A stretch of 56,989 nucleotides of DNA from Tubiluchus corallicola (taxonomy: Eukaryota > Animalia > Priapulida), in contig JAQGDQ010001184.1 of assembly GCA_030141605.1 (NCBI GenBank), positions 1 through 56,989 of the forward strand, read 5' to 3'. The first letter of the stretch is position 1. Each line of letters starts with the position of its first letter. Of the stretch, positions 35,859 to 46,267 are shown piece by piece. The notes beneath the pieces were generated by a model. That model ran no database searches. It saw only the letters and a program-made list of their open reading frames with translations, and was not told the origin of the DNA. The position numbers and the translations under genes were made by a program.

Positions 35859-38456
35859 AATGAACAGTGGTGATGATATTAATATTATTTGTGTTGTTGC
35901 AGTTAACTGAGGGTGGCACCTCTCGCTGAAGAGGATTAAAAACTGATGTTGAAAATGAAGTTTTGCATTTTTTACAGCTGTTTTCCTGGCGCATACCGAA
36001 GCGTACTCGAACCCGCACGGCAACCGCAACGGATTTCGGGCAGGCAAAAGTTGGGTCAAGCAACAACGCTGTATGTCACGATGTCCTCATGAACTCTCAC
36101 CGGTCTGTGGAACTGACGGGACAACTTACATCAACGAATGCTCCCTGAACTGCAAAAAGAACAAATATAGAGGCGGTTTTTTCAACCGAATCTTGAAAAC
36201 AGGTAAACAGATTCTGCTTCACTTTAACTCAGGGGTGTGCAAATTATCTGACTAGCCGGGCCACATTAAACTTTCCCGCAATTCCTACAGGCCACAGGCA
36301 GTTTGATCAAGGAGCCAAGTACAGAAAGGCCCAACAACGATTTTGGCATCCGACGTGCGTACATCATTACTACTACACTCAAGAAACTATTTCAGAAGTT
36401 AGTAAAATTTATATTACAAACCACATGTTTCTACTTTCACGACAGATAGTGGTAATTTCATTACAATGCGTATTAGTAATGTGTATCACACAGTCTGTGT
36501 AGTACAGTGGCATTAAGCTACAACCGTCTTGTAAGTTTGTAAGGGTTAATGGCATCCGATCTAGTAGAAAAAACTACCTGCACTATCTTTGGAATCGTGG
36601 CATGGACTTCAGCTGGATACACTCAATTAATCGCCCGGGCCACACTTTCATTAGGTTGACAAATCTCTGCGCGGGCCGCACAAATTCTCTCGGCGGGCCG
36701 CAATTTGCACACCCCTGGGTTAACTGAACGCCGTGTGTCTTTTAATTTTAATTTTACATTTCAGTGTCGCGCAAAGCTGAAATCCTGCGTTCAGTGATTG
36801 CGGATCTTTATGGTGGAATTTGAGGTCTAGGACAATTGTCAAGGACAATCCACAGTTGCACAGGGCCCACTGTCCCTCACTGGCCTACAGTCACATAGGG
36901 TCCGCACCTTTTGAAGGTCCGAAAGTTCAGCAGAAACTTAACGTTGAAGAACTTTAATCGTCCACTTTATATTCTGTATTCCGTTTAATTCTATGCGTTT
37001 GTTAACAATTTACTAAAATAAAATGATTATTAATATTATTGAAAACGACTTGACCTCTGCTGTGAGGTGGGACCCGTTTCAAACACTTTGCACAGAACTA
37101 GAAACGTTCTGAGGCCGGCGCAGCACAAATATACGCTTTGAACCTGCAGGAATGCATCAGCCATTTTCGATTGTGGTGCCATCTAGTGTTGCTAATTTAC
37201 AACTGAAAATTGTACCAGAATATGCGGTTGATGCCAAAATACAATTGTCAGGTTAAGTTTCATTTCGCATTTTATATTTATATACTTACCACTTAAATTT
37301 CCACTCGTTTTTACGTTACAATTTCAGTGTATAATCAAGTACAAACCCAGAATTCCAACTTTCAAAATTTCACAGTTCCTGGCATTCAGATTTAATAAAA
37401 TTTAATTAATTGTGGCTTTGTTTCATCATTAAACTCAATCTTAAACTGTAAATAAAAACAATCTACTCTTTAAAATATTGAAAGGAAACATACTATTTTT
37501 TCAAAAATGACTTACGTGAAAGAAATATTACCACACAAACACAATTTCACGTTCGCGCCACTAGTTCTTCGCTGATAAGTACATTTCGCCATTCGCAGGT
37601 TCTACTGCCTGCATTTTCGAAACGCGTTGCACAAAAAACAGGTGTTGTACCTCTCGGTTCAGATGTGTTAGTTTGTGACGAACTACATATGTTCGACAGC
37701 TCATACGTGACAGTACTACAGCCCACAGCAGTAAATTTGAAATTTGAATTTTTCTCTTAGAACTTACCTAGTTTTAGTACACCACATTGAATATCATACA
37801 GTAGCACTGTACTTCAATTTTCGATTTCGCAAACACGTGCAACACGCTAGTGGAGTATTTTTGCTGTTGAAAATTATGTTAGTTTGTGATGTCATCAATA
37901 GCTGGGCTCGTTTGCCATTAATTACGTTTTTAATCTATTATTTAATTATCTGAAACGCTTTTGCGGTAATAAAGGTCTTAAAATATATACTTTTTATCGG
38001 ACTTGAAAATGGGTTAGTATATGAAAAATCATACTGTCTTCCTTTAACAATAATGTTAACACTAAGACTGTTGGTTATCACGACTTCCTTTTTTGGGCTG
38101 GTTAACTTCTTCTTTCTTTTGTTTGCTGTATCTTTGACTATAGTTGTTATCCAATCATCTGTTTTATGACGGATATTTTACCTACCCTAGGACTGGTGAA
38201 ACAATGCGATGGTTGGTGTCCCTGCCCAACTCACAAATTGTGTCCCAAATCGTGTGATTCGGACACGGACGACAAAGAAGTTTGTGGACAGATAGTCGGC
38301 TCATCGGATCTGGAAGAAAATTGCGAATTGTTTAGGAATCAGTGCGAGTTTGAGAAGCAGGATTGTGAATTGAGGAGAGATTTTGATCTTCATCTGGTTT
38401 CCTGTAATTGTGACATTTTCCTTCGACCTAGTGCTCCTATTGGAAGGAAATTCTGA
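33232..38456 (+). CDS. Secreted protein with two Kazal/follistatin-like domains (177 aa, 3 exons)
   Basis: join(33232-33274,35978-36202,38191-38456) = 534 nt, both introns phase 1 GT-AG. Signal peptide MDVSRCLAMWLLVLAVFLAHTEA; CMSRCPHELSPVCGTDGTTYINECSLNC..CDGWCPC; second domain CPKSC..EVCG..FRNQCEFEKQDC..CNC. Confidence 0.85.
33721..34388 (+). mobile_element. CR1/L2-group LINE 3' fragment in Kazal gene intron 1
   Basis: WGGVYKSNL..QNKILK..FMYQY..H.HYTR..LWSSIP..FKK; 3' stem-loop GGAGGAGG..CCTCCTCC; AATAAA then (ATTCATA)n tail. Confidence 0.85.
35658..35880. repeat. (GAT)n/(GGT)n microsatellite
   Basis: Direct reading. Confidence 0.95.
35978..36202 (+). CDS. Kazal gene exon 2
   Basis: cattttttacag| acceptor; Kazal signature PVCGTDGTTYINEC; ACAG|GTAAAC. 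Confidence 0.9.
36230..36717. mobile_element. hAT (Charlie-like) MITE
   Basis: TIR CAGGGGTGTGCAAATT / AATTTGCACACCCCTG; GCGGGCC subterminal motifs; 8-bp flanks ctttaact/ggttaact (6 of 8 match). Confidence 0.85.
37432..38046 (+). mobile_element. TTAA MITE family A in Kazal gene intron 2
   Basis: Core plus CTGTCTTCCTTTAA terminus. Confidence 0.87.
38191..38456 (+). CDS. Kazal gene exon 3 (terminal)
   Basis: cctaccctag|GA; Cys-rich, completes domain 1 (CDGWCPC) and encodes domain 2; TGA at 38454-38456. Confidence 0.85.
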
Positions 38457-38614
38457 AGTTTCGATAAGTGTTCCCATGTGGAAAGGCAAACAAGTTTCCA
38501 CATGTACTTCTGCAAGAGAGAAATTACTGAAGTTTCCACATAGACTTTCGAAATATAAAAGCTATTAATAACTCAACATGGATTTTTTATCAATATGATT
38601 TTAATTTTTCAATA

Positions 38615-39340
38615 TTCTGTATTTCTGTAAGGAAGAAAAACAGAAGTTTCAAAACTGTTATCTATATTTCTCTAATGAATAAAATACTGAAGTTTCAAAG
38701 CTTTCATCTGTATTTGTGTAAGGAAGAAAATACTGAAGCTTCAAATATTTCATTTGTATTTGTGTAAGGAAGAAAATACTGAAGTTTCGAATATTTCATC
38801 TGTATTTGTGTAAGGAAAACAAATCTAAAGTTTCAAATATTTCATCTGTATTTTTCAAAGAAAGAAAATACTGAAGTTTCAAAGATTTCATCTATATTTC
38901 TGAAAGAAAGAAAATACTGAAGTTTCAAAGATTTCATCTATATTTCTGAAAGAAAGAAAATACTGAAGTTTCAAAGATTTCATCTATATTTCTGAAAGAA
39001 AGAAAATACTGAAGTTTCAAAGATTTCATCTATATTTCTGAAAGAAAGAAAATACTGAAGTTTCAAAGATTTCATCTATATTTCTGAAAGAAAGAAAATA
39101 CTGAAGTTTCAAAGATTTCATCTATATTTCTGAAAGAAAGAAAATACTGAAGTTTCAAAGATTTCATCTATATTTCTGAAAGAAAGAAAATACTGAAGTT
39201 TCAAAGATTTCATCTATATTTCTGAAAGAAAGAAAATACTGAAGTTTCAAAGATTTCATCTATATTTCTGAAAGAAAGAAAATACTGAAGTTTCAAAGAT
39301 TTCATCTATATTTCTGTAAGGAAGAAAATATTGCAGCTTC
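38615..39340. repeat. 46-bp minisatellite, ~16 units
   Basis: Unit aaagatttcatctatatttctgaaagaaagaaaatactgaagtttc; homogeneous from about 38865 to 39315. Confidence 0.97.
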
Positions 39341-39564
39341 AACATGGGCATAGCGTTCATTTCCTAAGAGAGCACTTTGGGATGAACACGATGACGTCTC
39401 ATCCGGAGAAACCAGTGAAAACACTAGTGGTTCCAACCATTCTACGCAGGGGGAGAAGAAGATAATGATTATTTAGCACTTCTGAAGAACGAGATAGCAC
39501 GCTATCTTCAGTTTTCACTTCGGACAACAGCAAAACTTCAAATGTGATTCCTTTCATTTTTTGA

Positions 39565-39629
39565 GAATGAGAGAGGGGAGAGAGAAAGAGAGAAAGAGAG
39601 TGATACAGACATAAAGAGAGAGAGAGAGT

Positions 39630-39693
<64 letters not shown>

Positions 39694-39821
39694 CAGAGAG
39701 GGAGACAGACAGAAAGAAAGAAAGAGAGAGGGGGATAGTGAGAGAAAGACAAGGAGGCAGAAAGAGAGAGAGAAAGCCAGAGAGCACCAGAAAAAGAAAG
39801 AGAGAGAGAGAGAGAGGCATA

Positions 39822-39856
<35 letters not shown>

Positions 39857-39865
39857 CAGAGAGAT
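39565..39865. repeat. (GA)n-rich tract
   Basis: Direct reading. Confidence 0.95.
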
Positions 39866-40054
39866 GTTAAATTAAATTTAGTCTTGAATTGTATTTGAAA
39901 CAATCAAAGGTGTAGCAATGGTAAGAAAATGTACTGTAAACATTAAGCTTGGTAATTACGAAACGTTAACCGTTGTACGCAGCCATCTATGTAGTAAGTT
40001 AGAACTTTTAAGATTAGCTTCTTAGATAACAAGCTCTTATATTTAGATACAATT

Positions 40055-40368
40055 ATTGTGTTCACTGTCCTCATAGTTGTGTTCACTGTGCTCACTATTG
40101 TGTTCACTCTGCTCACTATTGTGTTCACTGTCCTCATAGTTGTGTTCACTGTGCTCACTATTGTGTTCACTCTGCTCACTATTGTGTTCACTGTCCTCAT
40201 AGTTGTGTTCACTGTGCTCACTATTGTGTTCACTCTGCTCACTATTGTGTTCACTGTCCTCATAGTTGTGTTCACTGTGCTCGCTATTGTGTTCACTCTG
40301 CTCACTATTGTGTTCACTGTCCTCATAGTTGTGTTCACTGTGCTCACTATTGTGTTCACTGTGCTCAC
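40055..40368. repeat. 21-bp minisatellite with 63-bp trimeric higher order
   Basis: ttgtgttcactgtcctcatag / ttgtgttcactgtgctcacta / ttgtgttcactctgctcacta x5. Confidence 0.97.
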
Positions 40369-40595
40369 TTCTCGTATGCAGACATTTTCCCACCTTTGAT
40401 AAATTTTGTTTAGAATCAAGTTTTTTCTGTAGTTTTGCTTTTGCGTTTTTCGTTTAAATAGAATTATATACTTTATTTAGTTTCTGCAATTTTAAATAAC
40501 ATGTTTAATCAAGGATGAATAAAAATAAATGGGTAATTTTCATATCTTATAATTGTTTTTTGAATAATTATACTTGCGTCGTGCAGTTAACCATA

Positions 40596-40816
40596 TTCAG
40601 CCAATCATTGACGTGAATTTTAGCTTTACATGTGGTGGATAGATGGCGCTACCAACCTGTCATGCCCAAGTGTTCAGCCAATCACTGACGTGAATTTTAA
40701 TTTTACATGTGGTGGATAGATGGCGCTACCAACCTGTAATGCCTAAGTGTTCAGCCAATCATTGACGTGAATTTTAGTTTTACATGTGAATGATAGATGA
40801 CGCTACCAACCTGTCA
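40596..40816. repeat. 77-bp tandem triplication
   Basis: ttcagccaatca.tgacgtgaatttta..ttacatgtg..gatagatg.cgctaccaacctgt at 40596, 40673, 40750. Confidence 0.95.
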
Positions 40817-41285
40817 AATCGACAAGATGTTGCAATCGTTTTACAATCAGTAAACGGTAGCTTATATCAGGACAGATTCTGCGCTTAATCAACGTTTCCG
40901 CACAATACAGCATCGTGGAACTCTCTACATCCATTAAAACATTCATATTAAAATGTAGCGACGAAATACTTCAGTCATATAGTTAATAACTTACAATTAC
41001 TAAACATCATTTTCTTTACGTAAACTTTGTTATTATATACCTATTCAATTTACTAAAAAATCTTTAAAGTTATTTAAGTATTCCAAGTCAGCTCTGTCCC
41101 TACGGTCTAAGATTGGTTTAAGATTTTGGCACTTTATTCTTCATTTTGATTCCTTTAATATCGTTAATCTGCCCCCCCCCCACAAATTTTTGTCAAGACT
41201 GTATTATTTTTCTCATAATTCCTATTATTGTATTCTATTATTTAATCTCGTTCTCAGTGTATGTATGTATAAGTATGCGGGTAGG

Positions 41286-41405
41286 TACTATTACTATTAC
41301 TATTACTATTACTATTACTATTACTATTACTATTACTATTACTATTACTATTACTATTACTATTACTATTACTATTACTAATTACTATTACTATTACTAT
41401 TATTA
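41286..41405. repeat. (TACTAT)n microsatellite
   Basis: Direct reading. Confidence 0.97.
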
Positions 41406-41634
41406 ATACTGACTTTAGACGAAATCAACACAAGTTGAAACCGAACGTTAGGCTGACAATACTGCTGAGCTGTTGCATTATATACGGGGGGACAGAGGCT
41501 CACACTAGACAGTAACGCAAGATATTTTCGTGTTAGTAATTAAGTGTGCTCGTTTTCAGCACTACAATTGGCATTGGGGAACTCAGTCATTTGTAATAAA
41601 TGGCTTGTTTGAGGACTGTTATAAATATTTGGTC

Positions 41635-41895
41635 TTTTGAAACCAAACTGGCGGACTAGCTGGTATTTGAACCAAAGACCTGCGATTAGTATCCCCAGGC
41701 TCTACCATATAAGTCAATGCAGAGCAGGCCTAAGATTACACCTCACAATCCAACAGCGCTACCTATACTCAGTACGGAGATACTTTTGGTATCAATACCG
41801 AATTAGCTGGCAACTAACGATTTCATTAATCCGTGGTCCGATATCAGCGTCATGTATCAGGTTCAAATCCCGACTAGTCTAAAATTTTTCAGTGT
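41635..41895. mobile_element. Element with two divergent tRNA-like (B-box) arms
   Basis: GACTAGCTGGTATTTGAACC (41654-41673) is an inverted match to GGTTCAAATCCCGACTAGTC (41860-41879). Confidence 0.5.
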
Positions 41896-42044
41896 CATTT
41901 TTCTCCATCTCATTATCAGTATTATTTCAAATTTATTTCATACATTTATAGATACACAGCATTGTATAAAAAATTAAAAACACTCAGTTATACTATAAAA
42001 TTACAATAGGAAGTAATAAGATATTTACATATGTACATACATAC

Positions 42045-42195
42045 ACACACAGACACAAAACATAAAAACAAGACAAATCACTAAAAATACAATATACACA
42101 GACACAAAACATGAAAACAAGACAAATCACTAAAAATACAATATACACAGACACAAAACATAAAAACAAGACAAATCACTAAAAATACAACATAC
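42045..42195. repeat. 49-bp tandem repeat x3
   Basis: acacagacacaaaacataaaaacaagacaaatcactaaaaatacaatat. Confidence 0.93.
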
Positions 42196-43871
42196 AGAAG
42201 AATAAAACCCAATAAAAGTCAGCTTTAAAATGTCAAAAGATGTTGATTTCATAAAGCTAAACATAATTTACACCAGTTCGTTTATATAACTGTATTATGA
42301 TATGCAGAATAAACACACAATTTTCAATTATATCATTAGGTAGTTCTATATAAAGGATCCTGTTATCTTTCGTGTATTAACATCATAGTTAGGAATATTA
42401 AAATTAAATTAGCTTTTTACTTGTGCTGCCATCTTCCCAAAATGTCGAAGAGCTTACGAAATGCATTATCCTGAGCCACATTTAAAAAAGTGTAGTTGCA
42501 TTGGAAAAGGTTGCGCTATAGGGCGCATGCGTAAAAGCGACACACGTACGATTTGAACATCATTATTTTCGTATTAACGCAACATTTTCAGAACTTAACT
42601 AATAAAGTATTTGCCGTTACATAAAGACCTATTGACTGCGCTTCCAAAACCTCATCATCAGGGAATGCATTAACCTAAATAATCACGAGATTATTGTTGG
42701 TCATTTTAAATGACTGCTTTGACTAAGCTTATTATTATTCTGACGTCACTGTGAATGTATGCAACTAAGGCATAGAAAAGAGTTCTCAATTCTGGTGTGG
42801 TTTCACAAATCAAATTCAGGGTGATTCTTGGAAAAAATTCGTTTATCTTTATCCCATCATGTAAAATCTGCAGTGACTATAAAAAAATTCAAAAATGAAC
42901 TGAAAAATACTTCAAAAAATAACTAATGTGAAAATATGAAACAACACGTATTATCAACGTTGACCCAGTAGTCTGTTGTTAGTGGCAGGACCAAAACCTG
43001 TTATGCATTAACATCATATCAACAAATTAAAACCCACCATTAAAACACACAAAACACTCAAGTCGCTAACACAAAACATCCATGAAGCACCTAACTTGAA
43101 TTTGAATTTGTAAATATTGTATGTAATGAATTTGTAATTTCAGTTTGTAATTAAGTTTTAAAGTCTTAAATGAGTCTTAAGCCTTAATGTAATTAATTAC
43201 AACCTAACTTTTGTTTTTAATTGTTAATTCATTTTTAACGCTATTGCTCACAGTAATGGAAACACTGATTACACTATCAATTTTTCAAAGTAGTTTACGG
43301 TTCATCAATGTGTAATTTTAACAGTATTAAAGAATTTTATTATTAATAACTTGTCAAAAAAGGAAAGATGGGCTCAGCACGTAAAAACTCGCACAATTTA
43401 TGGCTTCGCTCATGAAGCAAATGATCGAAACATTAAAAGGATGGGGCGTCAGAAGTTTTTTCCATCGGGCGACACAAGCATTTGCTACGCCACAGGTAAT
43501 CCTTCAGGAAAAGAGGGAGTCTCAACTTTATTACAGACAAAATAACGTTGCACAACGCCTGGTTATGTGAAAACTTAAAAAACATTGTCCGAACACAAAA
43601 GAATTTATTAGATGCACAACGAAAATTATCATTTTATCTTCTTACATCCTGGGAGGTATTCCTACATGAACGAAGAAAACAAAATAAGAAAATTTCAGGA
43701 TTTGAACCTGAAACTTTGTATTTATAAGGCGGACGTATACATAAGAATGGCCTAGCATTAATTTGTATAATATTTACATGGTAAATTTTTGTATTTTATG
43801 AAAATGATAACCAAGAAACGATTATCCCAGTTTTAAAAAGTAAATCTCCAAAACTGCTCACTGTTTCTATG

Positions 43872-43880
43872 CTATAAAAG
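43872..43880 (+). promoter_or_regulatory. Candidate TATA box upstream of the 293-aa GPCR
   Basis: CTATAAAAG, 1.26 kb upstream of the ORF; would require a 5' intron. Confidence 0.25.
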
Positions 43881-44011
43881 GTTGCTGCTATTGCTAAGAA
43901 AAATGAGTTCATATTATCCCCGATGCGGTCACAAATGTGCAAAAAATTCCCGTGACCTGCATTCCTGCTGTGAGATTACTTACTCCTCGCTAGGATAGTA
44001 TCGTCTAGGGA

Positions 44012-44440
44012 AGGGGGCGTATTAACCAATAGGGTAACTGGGCTATAGCTTTGGACGCCAAAGTTTTAGGGGCGCCACATTTTAGAAAAAAATTCTTATT
44101 CTCCTCGGAAAATGTGTGTACTTTCATATTCATGTAAAGGGTGCATTTTGTAACACACCACAGGCAGTTATTGACCGTGGGTTTTATTTGAGTGCCACAT
44201 AACGAACAGATGCAAAGTACAGTATTACGCAACAAACAGTTATGCAGCTTTCTTGAATATAATCGCTATGCAAATGCATATAATTAATAATGACCACGTA
44301 GAAATAAGGTTAATAGTGTTTCTAATACACTACAAGAAAATGTTTAATCTGCTCGTAACATAAACAACCATAAATTCATAATAGAGATGGGCGGGATTGA
44401 ATATCAGCTTAGGGCGTCGTAAAGTCTTGATACGCCCCTG
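44012..44440. mobile_element. hAT-like MITE
   Basis: AGGGGGCGTATTA ... TGATACGCCCCTG imperfect TIRs; AGGGCG subterminal motifs. Confidence 0.6.
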
Positions 44441-44549
44441 GTAAAAGACAAAATCTGTAACATGACACGACTTGCAATCCACATCTGTTCTTAACAGTGA
44501 ACTAACTTTTCGGGCGTTTAGCCAGTGTGCAGCTTGAACGTGACTAGCA

Positions 44550-45066
44550 AAGATCTGCTGCAGTTATATGAAAGAAGTTTCAAAACTTTCCAGAAGCGCA
44601 TTAGTTTCAAGTTCCGTGCAGGAAAAATCTGCTGCAGTTATGTGAAAGAAGTTTCAAAACTTTACAGAAGCGCAGCAGTTTCAAGTTTCGTGCAGGAAAA
44701 GTCTGCTACAGTTATGTGAAGGAAGTTTCAAAACTTTACAGACGTTTAATAGTTTCAAGTTCAGTGCAGGAAAAGTCTGCTGTAGTTATATGAAAGAAGT
44801 TTCATAACTTTACAGAAGCGCAATGGTTTCAAGTTCAGTGAAGGAAAAGTCTGCTGTAGTTATATGAAAGAAGTTTCATAACTTTACAGACGTTTAATAG
44901 TTTCAAGTTCAGTGCATGAAAAATCTGCTGAAGTTATGTGAAAGAAGTTTCAAAACTTTACAGAAGCGCAGCAGTTTCAAGTTTCGTGCAGGAAAAGTCT
45001 GCTACAGTTATGTGAAAGAAGTTTCAAAACTTTCCAGAAGCGCATTAGTTTTAAGTTCAGTGCAGG
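44550..45066. repeat. 74-bp minisatellite, ~7 units
   Basis: ggaaaa.tctgct..agttat.tgaaagaagtttcaaaactttacaga..gtttcaagtt..gtgca. Confidence 0.96.
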
Positions 45067-45135
45067 GAGAAAGTGTAAGATAATTACGGAAATAGCAACT
45101 GCAGCAATTTCAGCACCCAACTTTACAAGTACAAG

Positions 45136-46017
45136 ATGAGCAAACTTGATATAGCCCAGGTCGCAATCTTGATCACTGTAACGGTTCTCGGTATTGGTTT
45201 AAATCTTGCGGTCATCATCGTTCATTCTGTTTGGATCTTGAAGAAGAAAACTTTCACCAACACGGGAATCATTGTAACAAACATGGCCGTATGCGACTTG
45301 ATCAAGGCTGTACTTCTACCGATAAACATAAGCACCTTATTGAACGGACAATGGAATTTCACCGATTCCACCTGCAAGGCCTACTATTATATTTACAGTA
45401 TTCATTCATTCGCCTCTGCTTATACCATCGTTGTTTTAGTTGTGGATAAACTAATTGTAGCTTTTACTGGGAAAACATCTTTGCGTTGGTGGTATGCACT
45501 GGTCATGCTTGCATTGTGGATCATTGGTGCTGCCATCTTCAGTTTTTTGCTGCTTCAAGTGAAAAAAATGACGTTTCATGATGCTAACGGTTCTGAAATC
45601 CGGATATGCACTTATGTATGGCAAAACCCACTCATGACAACAATACAGACTTGGCTAGCATTCTTGCTTAACCTGGTATTACCGACCCTGGCACTTCTCG
45701 TACTATGGTTGTTAATCACCATCAGCAAATTAGTCAGAAGAAGTAGCACTAATGATTCCAACAATTACGAATTCACCCTGAAACACTACATTGGTGTCGC
45801 GCTCATCTCTTTAGCATTTATTGTTCTATCTGTTCCAACCTACATCTCACAGTACGTCTCACAAATACATGTATACGTGTATGTTGTGTTTGGGGCTTTG
45901 TATAACATACAACTTGCTGTTCGACCTCTGATCATCCTGGCTTTTCGATTTGTGTGGCCTGGTCAGAATCAGCGGGAAAGCAATGCGGAAGTTATGGCTC
46001 TCGAGTCCACAAATTAA
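45136..46017 (+). CDS. Divergent class A GPCR (peptide-receptor-like) with degenerate activation motifs
   Basis: 293-aa intact ORF with 7 hydrophobic segments; N1.50, NMAVCD, WNF..TCK, ASAYT, W4.50, ECL2 Cys, P5.50, P6.50, P7.50. Confidence 0.88.
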   Translation: MSKLDIAQVAILITVTVLGIGLNLAVIIVHSVWILKKKTFTNTGIIVTNMAVCDLIKAVLLPINISTLLNGQWNFTDSTCKAYYYIYSIHSFASAYTIVVLVVDKLIVAFTGKTSLRWWYALVMLALWIIGAAIFSFLLLQVKKMTFHDANGSEIRICTYVWQNPLMTTIQTWLAFLLNLVLPTLALLVLWLLITISKLVRRSSTNDSNNYEFTLKHYIGVALISLAFIVLSVPTYISQYVSQIHVYVYVVFGALYNIQLAVRPLIILAFRFVWPGQNQRESNAEVMALESTN

Positions 46018-46267
46018 CATAATTTATCTTTTACTAAAGAAAATGACGTCATGTTAACTTAAAGAGGTTAATTTTAATAGTAACGAATCCAATTTGTATT
46101 TTGTACTTAGTTAAGGTCAGTCAGATGTTCTTTTGTTTTAGTATTCCATATTGAATGTAGTTTTTAATAAGAACTTTTAGCGGAGCATCCTAATTATCAT
46201 AGAAAATAATTAAGTTATTTAGATAAACAAGCTCTATACCCTGCATAACATGAGGTATTATCAGGGC

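Noticed and set aside
39943-40419. SEHN-repeat / VNT-repeat protein
   Set aside because: The 21/63-bp satellite is open in several frames on both strands; no signal peptide or splice context
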